A DNA stretch of 64,000 bases from Gemmatimonadales bacterium (GTDB lineage Bacteria > Gemmatimonadota > Gemmatimonadetes > Gemmatimonadales > GWC2-71-9), in assembly GCA_041577295.1 (NCBI GenBank), contig JBFGJG010000008.1:49782-113781 (forward strand), read 5' to 3'. Of this stretch, positions 13,214 through 22,130 are shown piece by piece; the stretch's first letter is position 1; the number at the start of each line of letters is the position of its first letter. The notes under the pieces were generated by a model, which was given only the letters and a program-made list of their open reading frames with translations, did not search any database and was not told the origin of the DNA. The position numbers were made by a program, and so were the translations under genes.

Positions 13214-14023
13214 TCAGTCGATCTCCAGCTCAAAGTCGTCGTCGTCCAGCTCGAACTCGACCACCTCCGACTGAAGCGCCGACAGATCGATCACGTCACT
13301 CCCCTGCCTGAACCACGAGTCGAGACGAAGATCAACCATGACGGTCACCGCATTTCCGTCGGCGATCTGAATCGGTGTGTCCGGCTCGAGCTCTACTTCG
13401 ATCTCAGCGCGGAAAAACGTCGTAAAGTTCACGGGTGTTCCCAGATTCCCGTCTTGATCCTTTGGTGTAAAGGTGCCGACGACGGCCATGCTCGCCTCGG
13501 CCGGCCATGTTGGAAACCCTTCATTGTCCCGAATCTGTTGCAGCAAAGCTTGGATGATCTGTGCGTCAGCCAGGTCATCCGGATCGTCGTCGTCTACTTC
13601 GAGCTCGTCGATCTCGACCTCGAGTTCTTCGTACATGCCTTCGGGAACGTCCCGATTGAGCACGGTCACGTCGGATCCGTCCACCGGGATATCAATGAAG
13701 AAGTAGCGAATCTCGAAGTCCTCGCAGCCAGCGGGCTCCGGATCGACGTCGTCACAGTCCGTCACTTCCACCGGCTCGAGCTCAAACTCCTCGACAATCA
13801 CGGCGATGCGGGTGATATCGAGTATTCCGTTATCACCCTCCACCATCAGACCCTGACGTGCTCCACCAACCGAGGTGGACGACAGCAGGTTGCTGCCCGG
13901 GCTGGCACCAACATTTCCAGCCACGCCAAAACGGATGCTCACGTTACCCGCCGGACCGGTATTCTCGCCGCAGCCCGCGAGGGCTACGGCAGCACCCAAC
14001 GCAAACAAAATTAAAACGCGCAT
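13214..14023 (-). CDS. Acidic lipoprotein of unknown function (DUF4382-like)
   Basis: Lipobox LAGC, beta-rich and D/E-rich sequence, GGAGG-type RBS upstream. Confidence 0.75.
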   Translation of the reverse strand: MRVLILFALGAAVALAGCGENTGPAGNVSIRFGVAGNVGASPGSNLLSSTSVGGARQGLMVEGDNGILDITRIAVIVEEFELEPVEVTDCDDVDPEPAGCEDFEIRYFFIDIPVDGSDVTVLNRDVPEGMYEELEVEIDELEVDDDDPDDLADAQIIQALLQQIRDNEGFPTWPAEASMAVVGTFTPKDQDGNLGTPVNFTTFFRAEIEVELEPDTPIQIADGNAVTVMVDLRLDSWFRQGSDVIDLSALQSEVVEFELDDDDFELEID

Positions 14024-14390
14024 GGTTCGCTCCTCCCACCGAAGGGCGCGCTGTACACAATCAATTCTCGTGGTGAACAGAGAGTACGCGTCCGCCAGGA
14101 ATGTGTCTGTGAGGTGGGTTACAGGGGACTAGAGTGGGAGGAATGAGTGAGCAGTGCCGAGTGATCTAGTTGCCTCGAATTATCGCACCGGTGGCCTGAA
14201 ACGAGACACTGCTCCGTTTGCGGTGCTCGACGGCTGCTTGACGCTCCACACCGACCTTCGTCACAGCTCCCAGGGGGAGGAACCATGACACGCCAGGCGC
14301 TACGCCAAATCCTGCTCGTGGCGATCGCAGGGTGGGGCCTTCATCGGTTTGATGATCGGATTGTCTATTACCGAGGACTTGCGAGAGACT

Positions 14391-14507
14391 GGAGCCGGAG
14401 TGACGGGCAGGTCCCGCAGTGGGGTCAGAGAGCGGGAGCCCAGCTCGGATGCGACAGAGCCGAGCGAACTTTAGCCCGCGAAGGGACGTGCCCGTCACTC
14501 CGGCTCC
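14391..14507 (-). repeat. Long-hairpin dispersed element, copy 2
   Basis: Perfect 19-bp inverted repeat 14391-14409/14489-14507; shares GCCGAGCGAACTTTAGCCCG.GAAGGGACGTGCCCGTCAC with copy 1. Confidence 0.8.
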
Positions 14508-14542
14508 TGCTGCTTACTGCTTACCGCTCACCGCTCCTCACC

Positions 14543-16294
14543 TCACCGATACTCGAGCTCCTTCTTCGTGTAGATCTCGCCTCGCCGAACCACCAACGCC
14601 GTGCGCCTGACGTTTGCGATATCGGCGGTCGGGTCTGCGTCGAGCACGACGAGATCTGCAACTGCGCCGGGCGTCACCGTGCCCGTGCTATCGAGACCCA
14701 TCGCGCGGGCACCGTTGTGGGTCGCTGCGACAAGCACATCCATCGGCGAGATCCCCGAGGCCTGCATGGCCTCGAGCTCCATGAACACCGATGCACCGTG
14801 CAACGTCAGCGGGTTCCCGGCATCCGTACCGAGCACGACCGGGATCCCAGCATCGTGAATGCGTTTGAGATTTGCCTGAGCCACCGTAACGCGGCGTGCA
14901 GTGCTTTCGCGCCTTCGCTCGCGCTGCGCGGTCGGAGCGCGGCGATCGACAGCCACGGTGTCGGTAGCCAGTACCTTCACATGCGTTGCAGGATCCACAC
15001 AGCTAAGTGGCTGGAGATCACGGTCGAAGGAACGGTCGGCGACCTGACGGTATCCATCCGGCACCAGTAGGGTGGGTGTATAGAACGTGCCGGTCGTACG
15101 TGCGAGCTCGAGAAACTCGTCATCAATCGGTTCACGACTCACCGAGTGTACCAGCAGCTGCGCACCAGCCCGCACCGCGTCCTTAGCCTCCCACAATCCC
15201 GTCGCGTGAACGATCAGCGGAATATCGTGCTTTCGCGCCTCATCACCCGCCGCATGAACAAGAGCAGAGATCCGTGCCGTATCCGGCGGTTGGGGTGGCA
15301 TGATGTACCACACTTTGACAGCGGCGCTGCCAAACGCTGCGTGTGACCGGACCGCTTGCCGGACCGTCGCCTCGTCCGCCATATAAATGAATTGCCGCTG
15401 GCCTGGCAGGTTGAGCCAGAAGTCCACCGTCGAAAGCAGCGGTCCGGCAGCGCGAACGGTTGGCGCGCCGCTGCTGTTGCGAGTGCGAGCCTCGAGGCTC
15501 CAGGTCCACGGATAGCCGCCGACGTCGTAGACGCTCGTGACTCCGGAGCAGAGATACGATCGGAAGAACCGGTCGGGATTTGCTGCGAGCTCGGCGCTGG
15601 TGCGCTCGTATGGATGTTGATCACGAAGATCGAGCGCGTCTGGACGACCGTCTACCCAGCCGGTCTGCGAGAAGTGGACGTGCGCGTCGACGAGCCCTGG
15701 GATGATCCACGTACCCCGCGCATCTATGGTGTGAACATCGTCCTGGATCGAGCACGTTGTACGCGTGCCCACGCAGGCGATTCTACCATCACGCATGATG
15801 ACAACTACATCTCTGAAAGGCGGTGCACCGGTACCGTCTATCAGTGTGGCCCCAACCAGCGCCATGGGCGGCGGTGCGGCTCCTGGCGTGGGGAACACCG
15901 TGGTCACTGCAACCTTCCATCCATCCGGTGTGCGCACGAATACGCGCTCGCTCACGCCGCGGTCGCTCGCACCGTCGCTCACCACGCGATAGCGATAGGC
16001 GCCGTAAGCCACGTCCGGTGTGATCTGCACAACGTCGAAGTGCGTGGCAACGAGCGTGTCGGGCCAGTTCTCCCCTGCACCGCGCGCGAAGCTATCATAT
16101 CCGCGGGTGATGCCGGCCGATCCTACACGGGCTAGGTCGGGACTCTGGAGATAGCTGGAGAGATAGGCGGCGCGATCGCGGGCGTGAATGGCCGCGATGT
16201 TCGCCCGGAAAGCTTCAAGCGCGGTATCCTGGGCGGACGCGGGAGCAGCGAGGACCCCAAGCGAGGTGAGTGCAAATACGGTGGCATGTCTCAT
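14543..16294 (-). CDS. Exported amidohydrolase with N-terminal NTF2/SnoaL-like domain
   Basis: Signal peptide, NTF2-like segment ending RTPDGWKV, IIPGLVDAHVH, LGTDAGN, ADLVVLDADP. Confidence 0.85.
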   Translation of the reverse strand: MRHATVFALTSLGVLAAPASAQDTALEAFRANIAAIHARDRAAYLSSYLQSPDLARVGSAGITRGYDSFARGAGENWPDTLVATHFDVVQITPDVAYGAYRYRVVSDGASDRGVSERVFVRTPDGWKVAVTTVFPTPGAAPPPMALVGATLIDGTGAPPFRDVVVIMRDGRIACVGTRTTCSIQDDVHTIDARGTWIIPGLVDAHVHFSQTGWVDGRPDALDLRDQHPYERTSAELAANPDRFFRSYLCSGVTSVYDVGGYPWTWSLEARTRNSSGAPTVRAAGPLLSTVDFWLNLPGQRQFIYMADEATVRQAVRSHAAFGSAAVKVWYIMPPQPPDTARISALVHAAGDEARKHDIPLIVHATGLWEAKDAVRAGAQLLVHSVSREPIDDEFLELARTTGTFYTPTLLVPDGYRQVADRSFDRDLQPLSCVDPATHVKVLATDTVAVDRRAPTAQRERRRESTARRVTVAQANLKRIHDAGIPVVLGTDAGNPLTLHGASVFMELEAMQASGISPMDVLVAATHNGARAMGLDSTGTVTPGAVADLVVLDADPTADIANVRRTALVVRRGEIYTKKELEYR

Positions 16295-16314
16295 AGTCAA
16301 AGACCTGATTACTA

Positions 16315-19300
16315 TCAGTTTCGATTGTCAAAGTAGTCCGTGCCGCGCTCATCCGCGCGCAGCGCGTCTTCGTCTACCCAATAGTACGGACCGAACGGAC
16401 GTTGGCGCGGCCAGATCTCGTCCAGCGTATCCCCCTCATACATCACACCACCTTTCATGACATACCGAATGGCGAGCGTGTTCTTGATATCGTCGAGCGG
16501 GTTGGCATCCAGCACCATGAGATCGGCGAGCTTTCCTTCCACGAGTGAGCCGAGGTGGCGTTCAGCGCCGAGGAAGCGCGCGCCGCGCAGGCTGGCGATC
16601 TCGAGTGCGGTCATGGGATCGGATCCCGCCGCTGCCATCCACACTTCCCAATGCGACGCAATCCCGTGCGCCTGTCCGTGTGAGCCAATGGCTCCGTTGC
16701 CCCCTTCGGCGATGACGTCGGCCAAACTCTGTGCGATGAGCGGGAAGCTATAATCGGTTTCTGGACGGACCCACCTCCGGCGGAGGTGCGGCACGAGCTG
16801 TCGCCAGGGAGTGAAGCGGCGAAGCTTTTCATCTTTCCACAAGTCTTCATTCTGGAAAAAGTACTCCTCGTTCCAGGGACCCATTCCACCCACCACAAAG
16901 GTGGGAGAGTAGGTCACACCGGCTTGTCCCATGAACTTGGCCACGTCGCCGTACAGAATGCCGTAGCTCAAGGGATGCTCGAACCCCGTGTGCCCGTCCA
17001 TCACCATGCCCAGCGTGTATGGAAGATCATCGTTCTCGGACGTCACCATTAGGCCGAGCTCTCGGGCAACATCGGTCACCCACTGCCGCTGATGGCGCCG
17101 GGGCTGGAGATACTGTTTGAGCGCGGTTGCACCCCACGATGCCAGGCGGTTGATGTTTTGTTTGGCCACGTCGTAGCTCGTGAGATCGTTGTTGCGCTGA
17201 CTGTCGCCCCGATAGAGCGGATCACCCGTAGCAAACGTGCGTGATCCCATCACTGCGCCCGCCTCGATGAGCTCGGAAGCAGCGAAGGTCTCCTGTGACC
17301 AAGAGGAGTTCTCGAGGCTCGTGGTCACGCCGTAGGCGAGGTACACCGCCTGCTCGAAGTTGCGCCGCGGAAGAATGGCTCGGTGCTCGCGATAGTGATG
17401 CGCATGCATGTCAACGAACCCCGGGATGATCGTCTTCCCGGTAACGTCGATCGTGCGATCGACACCGGCCGTATTGCAGTCTCCCACGCACGTTATCCGG
17501 CCAGCGCGGGCGACGATCGTCCCGCGCTCGATCACGTTCCGGTTTTCGAGCGTGATGATTCGGCCACCGGTGAGGGCGACGGCGCCCGTAGGCACGTCGC
17601 GCGGCACCATGAGCCGAACCGTTACCGTATCGCCTGTTTTGTCGGCAGGGCGGTACGTGAAATAGCGGGTGCCGCTTCCGAACTCGAGTGTGGAACCGTC
17701 ACGCCACCGTGGAAACAGGCCACCCTCTAGGCTGACCTGTGTCACCGGCACCTTGGCCTTCCTTTTCTCGATGTCGAGCGGTTCGGCGCCCGTGCCCGCA
17801 GATGGAAACGCCGCGACGTACACGTTGTCACCCTCGTTGAAGGCTACCCAACGCCCATCTGGTGAGGGGACGATCTCGTCGGCAAACGGGAAGGTGAGGT
17901 GCACCTGTCGGTCGTCTCCCTCACGACTGACGGACACGAGCGCCATCGGGGCCGTGGGGGCGTCTCCCGTTGGACCGACGTCTACGAAAAAGATCCTGCC
18001 GTCCATTCCGAACGACGGCCGGCTGACCTGGCAGCGTCCGAACGCACAGAAGAACGGGTAATCCGCGAGGTTCCCGAGCTTGGCGAGCCGGACGGCTGAC
18101 CCTCCATCTGCCGGCACCCGCACGACGTCGTACCACGGGTTCGACAGCCATGTGCGGCCTTGCGCCGTGGCGCCTGCACCGCGGACCACGGCGAGGTAGC
18201 TACCGTCCGGACTCCACGCGGGATGGAGATACTCGCCGGCCACGTCCGTGATGCGCACGGGTTGGCCACCACGGGCGCGCACCTTCCAGACGTGTCCCCG
18301 GTTTTCGTCCTCCCACGTCGTAAACGCGATCCACTGACCATCCCGGGACCACGCCGGTGAGAACTCGAACGGGGTGAACCCATCCGGTGTCACCCGCCGT
18401 GGCGCGCCGTTCGGTAGATCCATGATCCACAGCTTCTGCACCGCCACAAACACCAACTGGCGGCCGTCTGGGGAGGCGGTGTGCCAGCGCAGAAACTTTG
18501 CCTCGAACGGCTCCTCGGTAATGTCGAGATTTGCACGCGCCATTTGAGAAATGGTCCGGCGCACATGTGCGGTGAACGGAATCGTTACGACATCGCCGCT
18601 CTCGACGTTCACCCGCCGCACCTTTCCGCCCTGCGCGATGACAATCGCAGATCCATCGGGTGTCCACGCATAGCCCGGCAGGACGCGGAGTATCTTGATC
18701 GTCTCCACCATGTCCGGCTCGATGGGATCCATGAGGATCCGTTCCGCGCCGGTCTCCAAGTCCAACAGCCAGAGTGCGGTGCGCGGGCCGTAGCGGTGTC
18801 CCTTATGCACGAGGATGCCATCGGGTATCCGTCGAGCGAACGCGATCCAGTGGCCGTCTGGCGAAACCTCCCCGGCGTAGGCACCACCGCTCGAGGTGCG
18901 CACCTGCTGATGCGCCTGCCCTTCGGTAATGTTCACGATCTTCCCGGTGACGAACTCGAAGCGGCGCAGTTGGTGGGATCCTCGGAGCACATCCACCCGA
19001 TACTCGCCAGGCGTTTGCGGTCCGGTGAAACGGTGGAAATACATGTACCTGCCATCGCTCGTGACGGAAGGCCATGCCGCGCCCCGCTCGTCGTTCCCGA
19101 TCAGTTCGACACCGGTCCCGCCGTCGCGATGATACATCCAAATCCCGCTGCTTCCGGGTTGGCCCGGCATGCCGACCTGCTCGCGATTCACGACGATGTA
19201 TTGGCCGTCGGGAGTCCAGGCTGGTGAGTTCACTTGGACGATGGGATCGGTGAACACGGCACGTGGCTCGCTGCCATCGGCGTCCATGATCCACAGATTG

Positions 19301-19647
19301 GCTTGGCCTTTCCGATCGGACACGAACGCGATGTGTTGCCCGTCCGGCGAAATCCGTGGGTGGAAGTTGACGGCGATCCCGCTCTCCTGCGTTAAGCTCT
19401 GTGCCTCGCCTCCCGCAGCCGGCAGTCGATAGATATGTCCCAAGAGATCGAACGCGATCCATTGCCCGTCGGGTGACACGTCCACCGACATCCACGTCCC
19501 CTCACGTGTCGTGAAGTCGATCTCACGCGTCGCGCCGCGTGGCACGGTGACGTCCCACTCCGTGGTATCGGCCTGAGAGTACGCCGGCGTTGTCGCGACA
19601 GTGAGGATCAGGATGGCTATGAGAAGTGGGAGGCTACGGGGAAGCAT
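16315..19647 (-). CDS. Exported PD40/TolB-propeller + amidohydrolase fusion
   Basis: Repeated SPDG/PAWSPDG motifs, then IIPGFVDMHAH, GSHGQ, GKLADLMVLDANP. Confidence 0.9.
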   Translation of the reverse strand: MLPRSLPLLIAILILTVATTPAYSQADTTEWDVTVPRGATREIDFTTREGTWMSVDVSPDGQWIAFDLLGHIYRLPAAGGEAQSLTQESGIAVNFHPRISPDGQHIAFVSDRKGQANLWIMDADGSEPRAVFTDPIVQVNSPAWTPDGQYIVVNREQVGMPGQPGSSGIWMYHRDGGTGVELIGNDERGAAWPSVTSDGRYMYFHRFTGPQTPGEYRVDVLRGSHQLRRFEFVTGKIVNITEGQAHQQVRTSSGGAYAGEVSPDGHWIAFARRIPDGILVHKGHRYGPRTALWLLDLETGAERILMDPIEPDMVETIKILRVLPGYAWTPDGSAIVIAQGGKVRRVNVESGDVVTIPFTAHVRRTISQMARANLDITEEPFEAKFLRWHTASPDGRQLVFVAVQKLWIMDLPNGAPRRVTPDGFTPFEFSPAWSRDGQWIAFTTWEDENRGHVWKVRARGGQPVRITDVAGEYLHPAWSPDGSYLAVVRGAGATAQGRTWLSNPWYDVVRVPADGGSAVRLAKLGNLADYPFFCAFGRCQVSRPSFGMDGRIFFVDVGPTGDAPTAPMALVSVSREGDDRQVHLTFPFADEIVPSPDGRWVAFNEGDNVYVAAFPSAGTGAEPLDIEKRKAKVPVTQVSLEGGLFPRWRDGSTLEFGSGTRYFTYRPADKTGDTVTVRLMVPRDVPTGAVALTGGRIITLENRNVIERGTIVARAGRITCVGDCNTAGVDRTIDVTGKTIIPGFVDMHAHHYREHRAILPRRNFEQAVYLAYGVTTSLENSSWSQETFAASELIEAGAVMGSRTFATGDPLYRGDSQRNNDLTSYDVAKQNINRLASWGATALKQYLQPRRHQRQWVTDVARELGLMVTSENDDLPYTLGMVMDGHTGFEHPLSYGILYGDVAKFMGQAGVTYSPTFVVGGMGPWNEEYFFQNEDLWKDEKLRRFTPWRQLVPHLRRRWVRPETDYSFPLIAQSLADVIAEGGNGAIGSHGQAHGIASHWEVWMAAAGSDPMTALEIASLRGARFLGAERHLGSLVEGKLADLMVLDANPLDDIKNTLAIRYVMKGGVMYEGDTLDEIWPRQRPFGPYYWVDEDALRADERGTDYFDNRN

Positions 19648-19659
19648 AGGGGCTCCTGG

Positions 19660-19732
19660 AGAGTGCAGAGTGCAGAGTGCAGAGTGATTGTTGATTGTTG
19701 ATTGTTGATTGCTGATTGCTGATTGCTGATTG
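19660..19732. repeat. Heptamer tandem tract (AGAGTGC)3-(GATTGTT)3-(GATTGCT)3
   Basis: Read directly from the sequence; lies just upstream of the RBS of 16315-19647. Confidence 0.9.
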
Positions 19733-19769
19733 AATGTGCCCTCTAGTGCCTATGGCCACCACCGGTGCT

Positions 19770-22127
19770 TCACTGCCAGTACCGGAGCAGTCCGATGTCC
19801 TGGAGCAGCTCGTTGAACCTCGGATCTGACCGGATGGGATCGGACATGGGTGCAACGGCGATTTGGAGGATGGTGTAGGAACGCTCCTCGAAGGCAGCGC
19901 GGAGAACGCGGAAGGCCTCGTCGTGCAGGCCGATTCGGACATACGCGCGAGCAATGTAGGTGATATCCACGGACGCGGGGTTGCGAAGCGAGTTCAGCGC
20001 TGCGCGAGCGTCCTCGAGCCTCCCCAGCTCCGCGTAGGCCCAACCGCGGATGGCCATCTCCTCGCCGGTAAACCCCCGTGGCAACGAGTCCAGCGCCGCG
20101 AGCCCTTCCAGCGGCTGACCTGCTTCGATATACGTCAGTCCCAGCCACCGCCGCGCATTGTGAAAGTCGGGGTCGATTGCGAGAATGCCACGGTACTCCC
20201 GGATCGCGGCATCGAACTCCCCATGCCATTGATAGTGGTTGCCGAGGCCGTTTCTGATCTGGAGCGCTAACGGATCGAGCGTGAGTGCAATGTCGAGTTC
20301 TGACCGCGCCTCAGCCCGCCGGTTGATGTAGTCTAGGAGAATGGCATACCAGTAATGGGCAAAGGCGTTTTCGGGATCTAGCTCGATCGCTCGCTGAAAC
20401 TCCCGCGTCGCCGCGTCGAAATCCCACTCGTACCACGACAGGATGGCCCCGAGCGACGTGTGCGCTTCCGCCAGGTCAGGAGCAAGCTCGAGGGCTCTAT
20501 CCGCTGCCTCCCGCGCACGTGGAAACGCGTCGTGCGCTTTGCTCCATCCAAAGTTGCCCGCGATGCTGTACGCATCGGCGATACCCGAATACGCGCGCGC
20601 ATAGGCAGGATCGTGGCGAATCGCTTCCTCGAACGAATTGATGGAACCGAGCACGCCATCGCGAGTGCGCCGGTTCCACTGAAACCGGCCCAACAGGTAC
20701 GCGTTATAGGCGTCTAGACTCTCAGTCCCACGCTGGGTAGCCACCGATGGCGCTTCCCGACCACCCAACTCCACCTGCAAGGCGCCGACAATCGCACGCG
20801 CAATCTCTTCCTGCACGGCAAACACGTCTTCGTCAAAACCGCGATCGAACGTCTGCGACCATAGATGCAACTGGTCCTCCGCGCGAACGAGCTGCGCTGT
20901 GATGCGGACACGTTCCGCCGAACGCCGTACACTCCCCTCGAGCACGGTACCCACTCCGAGCGCCTCACCGATCGACCTGAGATCCGCGTTCTTGTTCTTG
21001 AAGGAGAACGACGACGTGCGACCCGCCACGCGGAGACCCGGAACCTTTGCCAGCACGTTCAAGATCTCCTCGGCCATGCCATCACCGAAGTACTCCATGT
21101 CGCCCGTCGGGCTCATGTCGACGAAGGGCAGCACCGCAACCGAGGTCAGGTCGGCACCCGCGGCTCGGTCTCCCCGCGAGAGCACGGCGAACGCGCCAAT
21201 GCCAATCACGGCTACCACTGCTGCCGCGACCGCGAGTGCGGGTATCCACCGGCGTGCTGGGGACGACGACAGAGCCGAAGGATGCGGGGATACCACTGCT
21301 CTCTGCTGGAGCGCCTCGGAGAATTGTGCAACGGGATTGAACCGATCGGCGGGGTTCTTCGCCAACGCTCGCTGCACCACGCCGGCCAGCTCCGCCGGCA
21401 CCGCCGGGCGGATCTGCGTGATGGGACGCGGCTCGGCAGCGAGGTGCTGATGAATCAAGCTCTCCGCGGTGGGGCCGGTGAACGGCGCCTGTCCCGCCAG
21501 CATCTCGTACAACACACAGCCCAGCGCGTAGAGATCACTGCGACCATCGAGATCCTGTTCCCCGGACGCTTGCTCAGGGCTCATGTACAGCGGTGTGCCG
21601 ATCGCCAGCCCAGTCTCCGTGAGCCGATCGCCGCCCGCAGCGCTCACGGCCTTGGCGATCCCAAAGTCGGCCACTACGGCGTGTCCCGCCTCGAGGAGAA
21701 TGTTCTCGGGCTTGATGTCGCGATGGATCACGCCTCGCTGGTGGGCATAGCTCAAGGCGTCCGCGACCTCGCGCGCGATACGCAGCGCGTCGTCCAAGGG
21801 CAATTGCTTCTCTCTGTTCAACCGGTCGCGCAGTGATTCGCCCTCCACGAAGGGCATCACGTAGAACAGGAAACCCTCTGCCTCACCCGAGTCGTACAGT
21901 GGAAGAATGTGCGGATGGCGCAGGTTAGCCGTGGTCGTGATCTCGCGGAGAAACCGGTCAGGCCCAATCGCAGCGGCCAGCTCTGGCCGCAACACCTTGA
22001 GCGCCACTTGGCGCTCGTGCTTGAGATCCTGTGCCAGATAGACGGTGGCCATCCCACCGGCACCAAGCTCGCGCTCGATGGCGTAGCGGTCCGCGAGAGC
22101 TGCACTGAGACGATCGCTGATCGCCAT
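19770..22127 (-). CDS. Ser/Thr kinase 3: kinase, 1 TM, TolB-like domain, TPR
   Basis: HRDIKPEN, DFG, TM segment WIPALAVAAAVVAVIGIG, SVAVLPFVDMS..YFGDGMAEE, TPR repeats. Confidence 0.92.
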   Translation of the reverse strand: MAISDRLSAALADRYAIERELGAGGMATVYLAQDLKHERQVALKVLRPELAAAIGPDRFLREITTTANLRHPHILPLYDSGEAEGFLFYVMPFVEGESLRDRLNREKQLPLDDALRIAREVADALSYAHQRGVIHRDIKPENILLEAGHAVVADFGIAKAVSAAGGDRLTETGLAIGTPLYMSPEQASGEQDLDGRSDLYALGCVLYEMLAGQAPFTGPTAESLIHQHLAAEPRPITQIRPAVPAELAGVVQRALAKNPADRFNPVAQFSEALQQRAVVSPHPSALSSSPARRWIPALAVAAAVVAVIGIGAFAVLSRGDRAAGADLTSVAVLPFVDMSPTGDMEYFGDGMAEEILNVLAKVPGLRVAGRTSSFSFKNKNADLRSIGEALGVGTVLEGSVRRSAERVRITAQLVRAEDQLHLWSQTFDRGFDEDVFAVQEEIARAIVGALQVELGGREAPSVATQRGTESLDAYNAYLLGRFQWNRRTRDGVLGSINSFEEAIRHDPAYARAYSGIADAYSIAGNFGWSKAHDAFPRAREAADRALELAPDLAEAHTSLGAILSWYEWDFDAATREFQRAIELDPENAFAHYWYAILLDYINRRAEARSELDIALTLDPLALQIRNGLGNHYQWHGEFDAAIREYRGILAIDPDFHNARRWLGLTYIEAGQPLEGLAALDSLPRGFTGEEMAIRGWAYAELGRLEDARAALNSLRNPASVDITYIARAYVRIGLHDEAFRVLRAAFEERSYTILQIAVAPMSDPIRSDPRFNELLQDIGLLRYWQ

Positions 22128-22130
22128 GCT

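Noticed and set aside
13060..14507. Integron attC sites, a known riboswitch, or an HDV/hammerhead ribozyme
   Set aside because: No RYYYAAC/GTTRRRY boxes and no integrase. The stems are nested rather than an HDV pseudoknot, there is no CUGANGA/GAAA core, and I recognise no riboswitch consensus.
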